Shown: positions 25,085 to 39,105, counted from the stretch's first letter. The stretch is 64,000 nt of DNA from Octopus vulgaris (GCA_951406725.2 OX597817.1:3286001-3350000); one strand, 5' to 3'. Made by a program: numbers and translations. The notes: generated from the sequence alone by a model not told the origin.

Positions 25085-25310
25085 CTTTACTTTTATCTTT
25101 TGCTTTGTTTCAGACATTAGGCTGCGGCCATGCTGGGGCACCACCACGAACAATTTTTTTTATTTCAATGAATTGACCTCAGTACTTATTTTATGTTAAG
25201 CCTGGTACTTATTCTATTGGTCTCTTTTTGTTGAACTGCTCAGTTATGGAGATATAAACTCACCAACATTGGTTGTCAAGCAGTGGAGGGGGACAAACAC
25301 AGACACAAAG

Positions 25311-25360
<50 letters not shown>

Positions 25361-25530
25361 ACACACACATAATGGGCTTCATTCAATTTCCGTCAAACAA
25401 ATCCACTCACAAGGATTTGTCAGCCTGAGGCTATAGTAGAAGACACTTGCCCAACGTGCCATAAAGTGGGACTGAACCTAAAACCATGGGATTAGGAAGC
25501 AAGCCCCTTACCACTGAACCACACCTGTGT
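25085..25530 (-). mobile_element. SINE family A, diverged
   Basis: Same modules with an internal (CA)n. Confidence 0.85.
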
Positions 25531-25638
25531 CTATCAAGTAGATTTCCTTTAACTATGTAAAGCCCATTAGCAGATAAGATGCACTAACTCATTAATGAGG
25601 AAAATATTCATCATTAGATTATACTAGTATATTGGAAG

Positions 25639-25898
25639 TGGAGGCGTGTAGCTTAGTGGTTAGGGTGTCAGTACCATGATTGTAAGATTGTGGTTTCAAT
25701 TCCTGGACCGGGTGAATCGTTGTGTTCTTGAGCAAAACACTTCGTTTCACGTTGCTCCAGTTCACTCAGCTGGCAAAAATAAGTAACGCTGCGATGGATT
25801 GGAATCCCATCCAGCTGGGGAACACATATGCCATTGAAACCGGGAAACCGGGCCCATGAGCCTGGCTAGGCTTTAAAAGGATGCATTTAAGTTAATTT
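25639..25898 (+). mobile_element. tRNA-derived SINE, family C (V-domain-like centre)
   Basis: A/B-box head; GCTGCGATGGATTGGAATCCCATCCAG centre resembles the V-SINE domain (from recall); TSD TAGTA(T/C)ATTGGAAG. Confidence 0.85.
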
Positions 25899-26149
25899 TA
25901 GTACATTGGAAGGATTTACTACCAACACCCAAAGTACTGTTGGATCCGAAGAGGAGAAAGCAATTTTATTGTGAATTGTTGCAGGTAAACTGGTCAGTAG
26001 TAAAACTATCAATATACAAGAAGTTAAGAGTATGAGCAACACTTAAGGCATTCTTGACAAGGAGTGTTTCAAGCACTAGTCTGAAGCCTGTATGCTGACA
26101 TTTGAGGACCTGCCTGTCTTCCTCTTCTTCTTCTTCTTCTTCTGATGAT

Positions 26150-26535
26150 GATGATCATTATCATTGTTTAACGTCCGCTTCCATGCTAGCATGGGTTGGA
26201 TGATTTGACTGAGGTCTGGCGAACCAGATGGCTGCACCAGGCTGCAATCTGATCTGGCAGAGCTTCTACAGCTGGATGCCCTTCCTAACGCCAACCACTC
26301 TGAGAGTGTAGTGGGTGCTTTTACGTACCACCAGCACGAGGGCCAGTCAGGTGGTACTGGCAACGGCCACGCTCAGATGGTGCTTTTTATGTGCCACCTG
26401 CACAGGAGCCAGTCCAACGACACTGGCAACAACCTCACTTCAAATGTTTTTCACGTGCCACCAGCACAGGTGCTAGTAAGGCGACACAGGTAACGATCAC
26501 ACTCGAATGGTGTTTTTTAATGTGCCATTGGCACG
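26150..26535 (-). mobile_element. SINE family B, long form
   Basis: Reverse complement of the 5530-5990 type. Confidence 0.85.
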
Positions 26536-28109
26536 GATTCATAAATTTTTGCAGTTCATCTTTTGCTTATGCAAATCACCACCACTTTCCTCAGTATCTG
26601 CTTTTATTTAATTAAACGCTTCACTTACGAAATGCAATCACTTTATAAAGTGATAAAACAGAAGACATTCAACGACAGAACTTGTTTTATAACACTCATA
26701 CTTCAGTTCCTAATAGTCTCCAGCAGTTTACAAAGATTTTGATGCTCATATATAACAATATGTTCTTTGTAGATTATATTTCAGCTGAATGACCAACTCT
26801 GTTATTCATTAGTTGTAGTTGTAACAGTTGTCTTCGCTATGCAATGTCCTGTTATTTCAGAAGTCAACATCAATCTAATATGACAGCCATCCTTGCCTTA
26901 ATCAGCAACATACTATCTGCACCGTCTTCATTTGCCAAATCTTATAAATTGAATATTTTACAACCAATCATCTTTATGAAGTTAAGCGATTATTCATAAT
27001 GACATTTATCGGTAACTTTCACTTCCTAAGTGCTGAAAAATAGTGTCTAAACTGCTAACACAATGCTATTTGTTTCAACATATTGAATTCCTCTTTCAAT
27101 ATTTATGAATGTCTAGCTAATTGTGACTTTCCTTTAAGCAAAGTAAGTTAGTTGCTTAGATTTCTAGCTAATCTCCAAAGATTCTTGTATTCTGTAGCTA
27201 TCAGTAGGTAATCTTCAAGCACTTACTTTTTTCAATTTATGAGAATTTTTATTCATTTATCAAATATTTTATCTTTAAAATTTATTTATCACTTAGAAAA
27301 TATTCAGAATGATATTTATTATGGCAAACATCTACAAATCTAATGATTCAATTCAGACCATTCTGAATCAGTGGAACAGTTATGTAAGTGCTTACAGAAG
27401 ATCCATGTAAGTTGTGAAAGGCTCTCCTTTTTCTCATAAAAACATTAGAATATACATATATATATGTTGAAGAACAGATATCTCTGATATCACTGGAACA
27501 AAATTTTCATATAAGCAGTTTGAAACTTTGAATACTGGTAGAATACTGGTAGAACACGGTTTACTCTGAACGTTCTTGACAAAATTTCATATTTTAAAAG
27601 TTATTTCATGTTAAAGTTGTTGTATTTAGGTAATTTCAACCAATCAACGACGTTTATTCGGTTGAAGAAAGCTACTGCTGTTTGCAATAGTAATTGAAGA
27701 GAAACAACTTTTGGGTCATCTCTACTAAATGTCACAACTCTGTTCTATTGTATTCATATGGTGAGCAAAGATGATGCCACCTTTATCCTTTCTAGTCAGC
27801 ACCATGCATTCCTTATTCTTTCCCTCCCTTCTACACTATCAACTAGCAAACTCCAACCACTTTACAGAAAGAGCTTGGTCCTTTTTTCTGATGCCAACAT
27901 TAATCAAGTCACCAAATAAGACAAGGAAAAAAACCCATTGGTTGCCTGAGGTTGTAGTAGAGAGGAAAGGTGGTTTTGTAGCAAATAATGTAAACTTTTC
28001 TTGTTGTTTGTGCTGTTGTGTTTTTGTTGTTATTTTGTTTTTGATCATTCATTTGATACAGAATTAGAAAGAGAGGTTGGAGACAGAATAGAATATACAT
28101 TTTAACCCT

Positions 28110-28473
28110 TGCCAGTGCCACCTGGCTGGTTTCTGTGCTGGTGGCACATAAAGAGCACCATCCGAATGGCTCCTGTGCCGGTGACACGTAAAAAGTACCC
28201 ACTCCACTCTCAGAGTGGTTGGCATTAGGAAAGGAATCCAGCTATAGAAACATTGCCTTCTGGTGCAGCCTCCTGGCTTGTCAGTCCCCAGTCAAACTGT
28301 CCAACCCATGCCAGCATGGAAAGCAGATGTTAAACGATGACGATGATGATGATGGTGAAGAAGAAGAAGAAGAAGAAGAAGAAGAAGAAGAAGAAGAAGA
28401 AGAAGAAGAAGAAGAAGAAGAAGAAGAAGAAGAAGAAGAAGCAGCAGCAGCAGCAGCTGCAGCAGCAGCAGCA
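28110..28473 (+). repeat. SINE family B with compound (GAT)n-(GAA)n-(GCA)n tail
   Basis: The SINE tail grades into about 28 GAA then about 11 GCA units, which explains the poly-E/poly-A ORF. Confidence 0.85.
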
Positions 28474-28540
28474 TTCAGTTACATGCTAGTCCTGTTTTCC
28501 ATTCTGAAATGCTGTAATGGTAGATTTTCTTATGGTGAGA

Positions 28541-28818
28541 ATCATTATAAATCAACAATGATTTATGCCTAAAAATTCCAGAAAAGACCACCAGAGACAT
28601 ACTGAACTTGTAAATAGAATTCTCAGAATTATGAAAATAGATAATGCTTTCAATTATAGATTGTCCTTATTAAAATGATATCATTATAAATCAACAATGA
28701 TTTATGCCTAAAAATTCCAGAAAAGACCACCAGAGACATACTGAACTTGTAAATAGAATTCTCAGAATTATGAAAATAGATAATGCTTTCAATTATAGAT
28801 TGTCCTTATTGAAATAAT
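28541..28818 (+). repeat. Tandem duplication, 2 x 139 bp
   Basis: ATCATTATAAATCAACAATGATTTATGCC... starts at 28541 and again at 28680; the units are identical except near their ends. Confidence 0.9.
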
Positions 28819-29300
28819 ATTACTTTTAAAGTTACTATGCCAACCAACAGATATTCTGGATAAAAACAAATGAGAGCTGTTTTATCTGCTTTGACTATAG
28901 TTAAAAAATGGTTTGGAGAAGAATCTAAAGCAACCATGAATCAAGGCTGCATAAGAAAGTTCCTCTCTAGAGGTCTGGGCTAGGTTGTATGAAGACTAAC
29001 AGTTGCTCATGCAAATCTCCCTTCTCCATACCATCAATGTTGTCTAAGGAAAGAGCAAGGGCTGGTGCAGCTTAAAAAGAGTGTCATCACAGTGTACTCA
29101 GAATGTAAAGAGTTGGAACACTTACCACATGGCATTTTGTCCAATGCTCTAAAAATTCTTCCAATCCACTGCCCTGAACTTTATTTTATCAATCTTGGAA
29201 GGATGAAAGACAAAGTAACCTCAGCAGGGTTTGAAATTAGAATTTAAAGAGCCAGAGCAAATACACGAGGCATTTTGTCCAACACTAGTGATTCTTCTAA

Positions 29301-29648
29301 TCCAACCACATGGTTCCAGGTTCAGTCCCACTGTGTGGCACCTTGGGCAAGTGTCTTCTACTATAGCCTCGGGCCGACCAAAGTCTTGTGAGTGGATTTG
29401 GTAGACAGAAACTGAAAGAAGCCCGTCGTTTATATGTATGTATATGTGTGTGTAAGTGCTTGTCCACTCAACATCGCTTGACAACCAATGCTGGTGTGTT
29501 TACATCCCCGTAACTTAGTGGTTCGGCAAAAGAGCCCAATAGAATAAGTACTTGGCTTACAAAGAATAAGTCCTTGGGTCGATTTACTCAACTATAGGCG
29601 GTGCTCCAGCATGGCCGCAGTCAAATGACTGAAACAAGTAAGGAGTAA
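29301..29648 (+). mobile_element. SINE family A (5'-truncated)
   Basis: Family A modules; a 3'-truncated copy lies at 30868-31067. Confidence 0.85.
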
Positions 29649-32620
29649 TCACTGAAGGAATTTGGTACTGACATGTCAGCTCTTGAAAATCTGGAGCTAA
29701 CTTCTACATTTCACTTCAATAAATGAAGAGAGTTATTTTCTAGTTTTAGGACAAAAAGAAGTGTCCAGACAGTAATATTAATGCAGAGTGTCATGAAATT
29801 CTCTTTCATAGAAATATAACTCGTTAAGGGAAAGTGGGAAGTTAGATAAAGGTACACTCTCGTTAATGAAAATGAATATTTCATTAATTGAGGAGTTTCT
29901 ATTATCCCTAATGACAATTTATTCAAGAAGATTGTTTTAGGTTTACATTTAATTTCCTCAAGTATGCATTTAGTTTGCAGATGCACATTAAATTAATTAT
30001 GGAAATTTTGAATAAAGACAAATAAAAGATACTTAATTACTTAAATTTAAGAAATGGAAAGCATAATTTGTTAAATAACAAAGATCTATCTTTCTAACTT
30101 CCTTATGAAATTTAACTTAGAATAATTAAAAATAATTCCTGTTCATAATAGTCTTGTAAGGTACACTATAACCCTAAGGAAGGAAAGCGTGAATATATTT
30201 TGTTTAGCGAGAGATAAATGAATGTCAACAGTTTGTGTAATGGATTCCTATTAACTGAGTAACTATATAGAAAAGTAATGAAAAGAAATAAAAATGAAAA
30301 TAAATTAAAAAATAAAATATTAGTCTGACCTACAGTGTGATAGGAGATGTCAGAGGTAGATAGTAGTTTGTTTGGAAAGTTGATTCTAACAATATTATAT
30401 CTGCAGTATATCTATGTCAGCTAAAGCAGTGTGAGGTATTTCAGTTGCAAATTAACAGTAGTTGACAAGAAAATAATACAAACATTGAAAACAGAAATTT
30501 GATTTAAGCAGGGAACAAATTATGTCAAAGATAAACTCTCTGAAAATATAAAGTTTCCTTGTCTGGACTTTATCATGAACCCACCCCCACCCCCTATTCG
30601 AAATAATTAAGTGTAACTATCCTTGTCATATTTGTGTATTTGATTAATTGTTTGGTTATCCAGTCTGGTATCTCAGAGCTATTGAAACTAAAGATACCCA
30701 AAATAAATCAAATGCTACGTCACAAAACAGATTCACAGTTGTAGCATTACCATTCTCTAAAATTAATTTAGACATAAATAAACACTCTTTAAAAAATCAA
30801 GCCATATGCAACAAGAAATTCAAAACAGTGTTCTAAAACTTTGATTTATAAAAATAATAAACATAATAGGCACAGGAGTGGCTGTGTGGTAAGTAGCTTG
30901 CTTACCAACCACATGGTTCTGGGTTCAGTCCCACTGCGTGGCATCTTGGGCAAGTGTCTTCTGCTATAGCCCCGGGCCAACCATTGCCTTGTGAGTGGAT
31001 TTGGCAGACGGAAACTGAAAAGAAGCCTATATATATATATGTGTGTGTGTGTTTGTGTGTCTGTGTTTATGAGTTTTTCAAATTTAAATAAATGAATCAT
31101 TATATATATGTATATATCTTAATATATATTCAAGAATAGAAAAAAAAAACCAGCAAAGAAATAATATTACAATAAAGAAATAATATTACAGCAAAGAAAT
31201 AATATTACAATAAAATCATTTTGATAAAGAATATTGTGTGTAAATTTGAAAATGCCTGATTTAAAATTTGAAATGTGTGGTATCTCCTGTTATTCCTTAC
31301 GATTTAAATATCCTGCTTTTCTCCTGAAGCAAGTGCTGAGGCTACCAATAGACTGAAGAACTAGTAATGCTCAGAAGTCTAATTTAAAATAATTCCAATC
31401 AGAGAAAAATAAAAAAGGAAACCTTTATATAAATTAATAGATAAATATTCTCAATGAATGAATCTGAAGTAGACTGAACAAAGAACTTGATTACAATGAA
31501 AGTATTGTTATCATCGTTTTTTTAATTGTTTATTTTTCTTTGTTAGCATGGGATGTTCAGAACATTTTAAAAGAGTGTGTTATGTGAAAAATAAATGTAT
31601 AAATGTAAATAAAATCAAGCTAATGAAATAATATATTTGTTCTAGTTAAATATATTTGTTATTTTTGATCAGAATATATTTATATATTTAAATCTTTCCT
31701 TGAAATATATTCAAATCTATCAACCTATTACTGTTGTGAGTATATAAATTTGTTTTTCAGATCATTTAGTTTGCCATATTATTGGAGATGCCTTGTTATT
31801 CAATGTACAGGCCAACTGTATAATAGCAACTAATACTAACATAAAATGAATTGAATTACAATTATAACAAAGCCAATCAAATTTCTAAAAATGAAAATAT
31901 AATAATAAACTCTTAGAATTCTATGAAAATCTTCAACAATTTTAAAGAACCTACAATGGTAAATAATTAGATAATTTTCTTTTTTAACTCTTAATGTATA
32001 TATTATTTAATTAATGTTCAAGGCTTTTCATTGAGTAATCTTCTGAGTCTGATAAAGTTGAAACAATATGCACATAATTAATGATATTCCAGGAAGTTAC
32101 TGAAACCAAATTAAGAAACATGGTACTAAGGTATATCTTTATATTCTGCCCGGTAAACTATGTTACCTGTTTTCTCAAATAAATAGTTTATTGCATTTCA
32201 GTTACCAGTTTAATCCCAATCTTTTAATTACTCTAAAAAGAAAAAAAAAGTGTCCATTATTTTTACTGCCAGATTACAGGGAATTAGTTTTCCTTCTTCA
32301 ATATTTTAATTACTATTTAACTTTATTTACAGCCAGTAGCTTGTTGAAAGAAAGTACTTATCCAAGAAACTGTTTTAATAAGAAACTTAATCTACCAAGG
32401 AACTACCTAATTATTTTGTAATTATCAGTGATGATTTAGGTGAAAATAGTTGAGCAGTTTTACTCTCTATGAGATGTCAGCAAATATAATATGCCTTTGA
32501 TAAGTTTTATATTGACAGCTATCATTGCAGTATAATTTAGATGATGAGTATTAAGTTCATATTTAAAACTTTTGCCAGGTATTGAAGTGTAAAAAATTTT
32601 ATAGGTGTATCTATATTAGT

Positions 32621-32884
32621 GTGGAGGTGCATGACTTAGTGGTTAGGGTGTCAGTATCATGATCATAAGATTGTGGTCTAAATTTCTGGACTGGGCGATG
32701 CGTTGTGTTCTTGAGCAAAACACTTCGTTTCACGTTGCTCTAGTCCACTCAGCTGGCAAAAATGAGTAACGCTGTGATGGACTGGTGTCCTATCCAGCTG
32801 GGGAAACACATACGCCATTGAAACTGGGAAACCGGGCCCATGAGCCTGCCTAGGCTTTAAAAGGTGCATTTATTTATTTTATTT
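32621..32884 (+). mobile_element. SINE family C with 13-bp TSD
   Basis: TATCTATATTAGT at 32608-32620 and 32885-32897. Confidence 0.9.
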
Positions 32885-33153
32885 TATCTATATTAGTAAC
32901 ATCTTTGAAACATTTAGCAAGTATTATTATTCAAGTTTTGTTCATGATTTTTTAATAATATTAGATAAAATTTGCAGGAAATATAATTTTTTAGTACATC
33001 TGAAGTTGAATATTTCTCAATAAGATAATTTTTCAAAGTTTTGAAATGACATGGTAATGTGAAGTTAATCTTTGGTAAATTCATCAATCTTTTCAGAAAT
33101 ATGCCCCTATATTATGCAGACATGTGCTTTTACAAAGAAATATATTTCCTTAA

Positions 33154-33374
33154 TTCTTTTGATACCAAAATCAGTTGAGATTTTCCCTAAGTCTATGATA
33201 CCAGTTTCCTGTTTTAAAGTGCTGTAAATTAAACTCTTCCATCAAAATTTCATATCAAAGTATGCCTCAATACCAATTTAACAATGTCAAAATGATTTTT
33301 CTAAACCTTTTATTATTTTCAAATTTATTGAAGCAAATATAGTGAATTTCAACAGAAATATGGTATCAAAAAGG
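33154..33374. mobile_element. piggyBac-type MITE, diverged inverted relative of 20526-20732
   Basis: TTAA|TTCTTTTGATACC ... GGTATCAAAAAGG|TTAA. Confidence 0.55.
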
Positions 33375-33479
33375 TTAAGTTTCAAACTATGTTGGCCCTT
33401 TTATATCTTATGCATTTTTGATTTCATTTAAAGATTGACAGAATTTTTGGAAATGTCTTCATGACTTTCACAAGTTCTT

Positions 33480-34800
33480 CAAATTGGATGAGATTAAGAT
33501 GCAGGAGAAACACATGCAGTGTAGGAATTCCAGAAGACCAGCATTCTGGGAAACAAGGGCAGAACATTATGGTTAGTGTAAGCCGTAGAGAGAGGAAAAG
33601 AGGATATAAAACCCAACAGGTGATGAGAAGTGGAGAGATTAATAATCCTGAAGAGCAAGCTATGTATTAGCGCTACCACTAATATAGCAAAGAAAAGTGG
33701 CAGCATGTCTGTTGAGCAGAAGTTGGAATGTGTTGGTAAGTAACTCTATACCAAACAGCTGAATGTGGTTTAGGATATCTGTGAGTAAAGGAGCATCACA
33801 GTGACTGATGTGGAAACAGTAGTCTATTGTGAGCCTCATTTGAGCTTTGTGGAGGTTTAGTAATTGGTTGGGGTCTGAAGTGTTATTTGGCTCTGAAAAA
33901 GAATGCCAATATTTGTGAAGAAGTCTTTACCATGCAGACTATGTGCATTTGTCAGGAAAGATGTTTGGTAATTGTGAGTCTCAGCATTTATAACAATCAT
34001 GAGGAGGTTCATGTTTCATGGGTGAGGTAAAATGCTGTTTCCTTGTTAAGTGTCGTAATTGTCTTTGTATTGTTAAAGGAAGCAAGACTTGCATGTCTTA
34101 CTGGAGGATGCTTTTAAGGTCTTTTCAAGAAATCAGTGCAGGTTTGGTGTGAGGTGTCTAGATGATACTTGAGTGCTGAAAGCTGGATGTAATAGAGGGT
34201 GATATTGTCTACATAGGAGTGGGCATTGTTGGAGGTGATGGTAAGTAGATTTTTGATGTATACAAGGAAGAGTGTTTTAGACAAAAACTAAAACTTGGAG
34301 CACATCATAATCGATAACTTATGGGACAAAGATAGTTCTATCAGTGCATACTGTGATGGTATGACCTGACAAGAAGTCACCAATTCAAAAGACAATGGAG
34401 TTCACAAGCAGGTAGTGCTGTCATAGATTCGCATGCCAAAAATAATTGACTGTTTTGCTGTTAAGTGCAACAATATCCTTTGGACAAAATTTCTTGAGAT
34501 TCACAATGAGAAACATAGAAGAATAGCTCTCTATTAGGCATGGTTTTACAACAGTCATAATGGTGGCTGTTGTGGAAGGAGAGGGATTCAAGGTGTTGGA
34601 GAAGATGGTTATTGATGGTTATCTCTATCAGTTATGAGTTATTGGAAGTGAATATAAAAATATGATAGCTGGCATGGTCAGAAGAGTTGCAATTGTTAGG
34701 AACCCCAAAGGTAAATCCTCTGTGTGTGTGTGCACGTGAGAGAGATTGAATGAAATAACAAGAATATAAGCTAGCTCTGGAGTTTATCACATGAAACGTT
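33480..34800 (-). pseudogene. Highly degenerate CR1/L2-group LINE RT remnant
   Basis: Reverse strand around 34190-34300 reads DVLQVLVF / TLFLVYIKNLL...HSYVDNITLY, matching GVPQGSVL.P.LF..YINDL...YADD; outer boundaries uncertain. Confidence 0.6.
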
Positions 34801-35154
34801 AAAATATTCTTAGAGAGATACACTGTTGTCTATGATACAGTTGTATAACTTATATAAATTCATTGTTAACACTCCCAGCCATTAATAAATCTAGATATGG
34901 TTTTTGAACTTTTTGTGAATGAAATGGTACAAGGATGCTTATTTAGATTATTGACTAACAAGTAATATGCAACCAACGTTTCTAATTATGGAGTATTGCT
35001 GAATTGCCACAAATATCAATGTATGGTGATAGACAACCAAGTTCTGAGCCATTTATTTCACAATCATCACGACAATCATTGCTAAGTAGCATTAATAGCA
35101 AACAGTAGTTATTATTACAGAGGTTTGGAACTATTTTGAAATTTTCTCACATAG

Positions 35155-35613
35155 CGGCTAACTGGCTTCTGTGCCGGTGGCACGTAAAAGGCACCATTTG
35201 AGCGTGATCGTTATTAGTGTCACCTTACTGGCACTTGTGCCTGTGCTAGTAGGGTGCCAAGAGCATCATCCAAGTGTGATCATTGTCAGAGTGGTTAACT
35301 GGCTTCCGTGCCGGTGGCATGTAAAAGGCACCATTTGAGCATGATCGTTATTAGTGTCACCTTACTGGCACCTGTGCTGGTGGCATGTGTAAAAAGATTC
35401 GAGCGAGGTCGTTGCCAGTACCGCGTGACTGGCCCCCAAGCCGGTGGCATGTAAAAAGCACCCACTACATTCTCGGAGTGATTGGCATTAGGAAGGGCAT
35501 CCAGCTGCAGAAACTCTGCCAGATCAAGATTGGAGCCTGATGCAGCCATCTTGTTCGCCAGCCCTCAGTCAAAATCGTCCAACCCATGCTAGCATGGAAA
35601 ACGGACATTAAAC

Positions 35614-35650
<37 letters not shown>
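35155..35650 (+). mobile_element. SINE family B, long form with a near-identical internal duplication
   Basis: About 80-bp unit repeated at about 35159 and 35297; (GAT)n tail. Confidence 0.85.
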
Positions 35651-35651
<1 letters not shown>

Positions 35652-36015
35652 CAGAATAGCTTTTTAAATGTCAGATAGCATTAGTAGAAAGCAGCTAGGG
35701 CACAATCCTTTCTAAATACTTAGGGTCCAAAAAGCTCTTGCTCACCTATGATTTCCATGGTGTTAATTTCAATGGATGAGCATCAAGTCTCTTTATGGAC
35801 AGGACATTGGTCCTTTACAGAGAGATTTTCTGATTGAAGGAATTGAATGCAGCATTGAAAACTAATAAAACATTCAGTGATGAAGATCGGTATTTTGATC
35901 TTCTGCATATTTCAGAAATTTAAATAAAATTTTAAAAAATGAAAATTTGAATTTTTCATTGCCACTTAAAAGAATAATATTCATAGGAGTTATTTGACAT
36001 ACAGTGACTTGAATT

Positions 36016-36352
36016 GTGAAGGTGCATGGCTCAGTGGTTAGAGCGTTGAGCTTACGATCATGAGGTTGTGAGTTTGGATCCTGGACCGGGCTGCGTGTTG
36101 TGTTCTTGAGCAAGGCACTTTATTTCCCGTTGCTCCAGTTCACTCAGCTGTAGAAATGTGTTGCGATGTCACAGGTGCTGAGCTATATCGGCCTTTGCCT
36201 TTCCATTGGATAACATTAGTGGTGTGTAGAGGGGAGGCTGGTATGCATGGGCGATTGCTGACCTTCCATAAACAACTTTGCCTGGACTTGTACCTCAGAG
36301 GGTAACTTTCTAGGTGCAATCCCACGGGCATTCATGACCGAAGGGGGTCTCC
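36016..36352 (+). mobile_element. SINE family D with 14-bp TSD
   Basis: CAGTGACTTGAATT at 36002-36015 and 36353-36366; tRNA-like head. Confidence 0.9.
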
Positions 36353-38509
36353 CAGTGACTTGAATTATTGATGAATTTTTAAATAATAATCAAGTCCAAA
36401 ATATTTTGAAAAAGAAATATCACTTTTGATCAGTAGAAAATAACAAGAAAAGTATCCCTCATTTTGTGAATTATAATCAGAGAATGAGCCCCTACATAAA
36501 CCAAATTATGTTTTATATCTCTGCTGTTAAGAAGAAGGCAACAGAATCCTACAACATAAAAGAGGACAAGGAATTTTTTGAGACAACTTGTTGCAGGCAA
36601 CAAACCAGATTTATGGACTGTGTACTTGTCCTCAAGAAACAACCGTAGAAATGTTACAGAAGAGGTTAATAAATGTGAACTAAATGGGAAAGAGAGGGTT
36701 GTCCATGTGTAGGCCCAACAGAAGGCTCACCTGTTGAAGATGACAACTACACAGTCAAAAGTGTGAATAAGGCTATGAAAGTTGGGTAAACTGAACCATG
36801 ATGCTGAAAATATCCAGCAAATTACTAGTCACTAGCATAATCAATCAGATAAAATAGGGAGATATTATGTTCAGATACTGGTATAGTATTATGATCAGCT
36901 GTCACAAAGAAGCAAGAAATTGATGAGCCAAGTTATTAATGTAACAGCAACTCCGTATAGAAAAACTGATTAGGATCTGCTCACCAGTCGAGGCATGGCA
37001 AAATAAATGCTAAAATTATATTATGTATATTTGGGTATTATTACAAGCATACTTCAATAGAGGAATGGATGAATGCACATAAATACGAGTGTAGATATAT
37101 ATGTACAGACATACATTCATATCTTTGTATATAGAAACATCTATCTATCTATACAAATGCATTTATGTTTATATATGTGTGCAAACATATATATATCTGC
37201 CTACTTGTCATTTCTACATCATTGATCCTTTTAGCCTCTCACCCCTCTAACATGCACATCACTCACCTCTCTATCTCTTATCTTCCATATTAAACATTCC
37301 TATCATACATCTATCTATTGACCAAATCACCCATTCTTTTAACTCTCTTGTTTCTCATATCAATTCTCTTATATTGCTCATCTTTCAATCATCCCCTTCT
37401 ATTTTTACTCTCACCATATAATGCTGTCTGTGGATGTTTTTCTGTTTGTAACACATTACATTCTTTTGTCCATACCTTTATTGCTCATCTATTCACCTTA
37501 CATTGCATTCTTTCACTCATACATATTGCTCAGCAACCAACTACCCTTAATTCTCAAATCTCACAGTACTATGCTTCTTGTGTGACTGAGGATGGCTGTA
37601 GATCTCTTGTGTTTCCTCCATGCCACTTTCTGTGTAACTAAGGATGCAACTGCCTCAATTCTGATCTTCTCCTTATCACTAAAACAAGACCCACCTACTT
37701 CTCATCTCCCTGCCACAACTCTCATCACTTGACCCCCATCTTGCAGCCTATGTGTTGGTGGCAACATTGGACCGAATTCACTCTACATACCGCCTCTTCT
37801 TCTGTACTCTCTATCATCACCTCATGTTCACTATGACTGCCAAGACACTCCTTTTCCTCTGCCCCCACAAATCCTTGACCTCTGTCATTGCTCTTCCTTT
37901 TGGGTCATATAAACCTCTGTTATCTCCCCGTGCTATTTTACTCACATAGCTCTGCCTTGAATATCCCTCTGCCACAACTCTTATCTCAGAATACTAAGTG
38001 CTCTTATCCTTTCATCCCTTATCACTCATCTCTCTCATTACTGTCGTTCATGCCTCTATATGGAGGATAGCGAGTGAGCAGTTGTGTTGAAGCGTTAGTC
38101 ATGTTGAGCACATGCTTACCTCTCAAGAGATGGCATCATGAAAACTGCCCCTAGTATGCACTGTTGTGAGGTTCAAGGGTTCTTTAGTTTTATTGAGGAC
38201 CTGATACCTCTCTAGTCCTAGTTCCATGCAAAAAGCAACCAGAGCCTGTAAAGTGTTTGGCATTGGGAAGGGCAACTGGATGTAGAAACCGAACAAGAAA
38301 AATTATGACCCAACAAGGTGAAGTCTCCTAACCTATCTAGGTTGAGAGTACTCCAGTATATATGCTGATTCCAATGTGACCAGGAATAGAATTCATAACA
38401 GTATGGAGTGCAAATGTAATTAAAGTGATATGATGATTATGATAACGATGATATACATATACGTACATACATACACACATATATTGTGGTATCATCCTCA
38501 TCCTCCTCA

Positions 38510-38805
38510 TCATCATCATTATCTTTTAACGTCTGCTTTCCAAGCTAGCATGGGTTGGACGATTTGACTGAGGTCTGGCAAACCAGTTGGCTGCACCAGA
38601 CTCCAATCTAATCTGGCAGAGTTTCTACAGCTGGATGCCTTTCCTAATGCCAACCACTCCAAGAGTGTAGTGGGTGCTTTTACATGCCATTGGCACAAGG
38701 GCCAGTTAGGTGGTACTGGCAACGGCCACACTCAAATGGTGCTTTTTATGTACCATCTGCAGAGGAGCCAGTCCAGCGGCACTGGCAACGACCTCGCTCG
38801 AATGG
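38510..38805 (-). mobile_element. SINE family B
   Basis: Reverse-complement core and (CAT)n. Confidence 0.85.
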
Positions 38806-38855
38806 TATAAAATATATATATAAATTATATAATACATACATAGTATATATACATA

Positions 38856-38887
<32 letters not shown>

Positions 38888-38980
38888 ATAAACACACACA
38901 CACATATATATACACATACACAATAGATATATGTATAGTTACATATATGGCAAATGGAAGATGGAATATGTGAGAATTTA

Positions 38981-39105
38981 TTGTTAATCACGGCAATTGC
39001 TTCGACACATCTAGCATCAATCCTTCATGGGGAGGGGACACTTCAACACCTGGTTCAGGAGCATCTGGTGGTGCAGATGTATCTTGTCGGGTGATAAATA
39101 AACAA
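38981..39105 (-). ncRNA. Degenerate type I hammerhead ribozyme in PLE 3' repeat
   Basis: Stem I ATCAC/GTGAT, core CCGACAA, stem II GATACATCT/AGATGTGTC with a long insert, GAA-GC-AATT-GC-C, then AATAAA. Confidence 0.55.

Noticed and set aside
28219-28572. Poly-E/poly-A ORF
   Set aside because: SINE body plus trinucleotide tail.
36016-36090. tRNA-like sequences at SINE heads
   Set aside because: Continuous with SINE bodies and bounded by TSDs; not tRNA genes.
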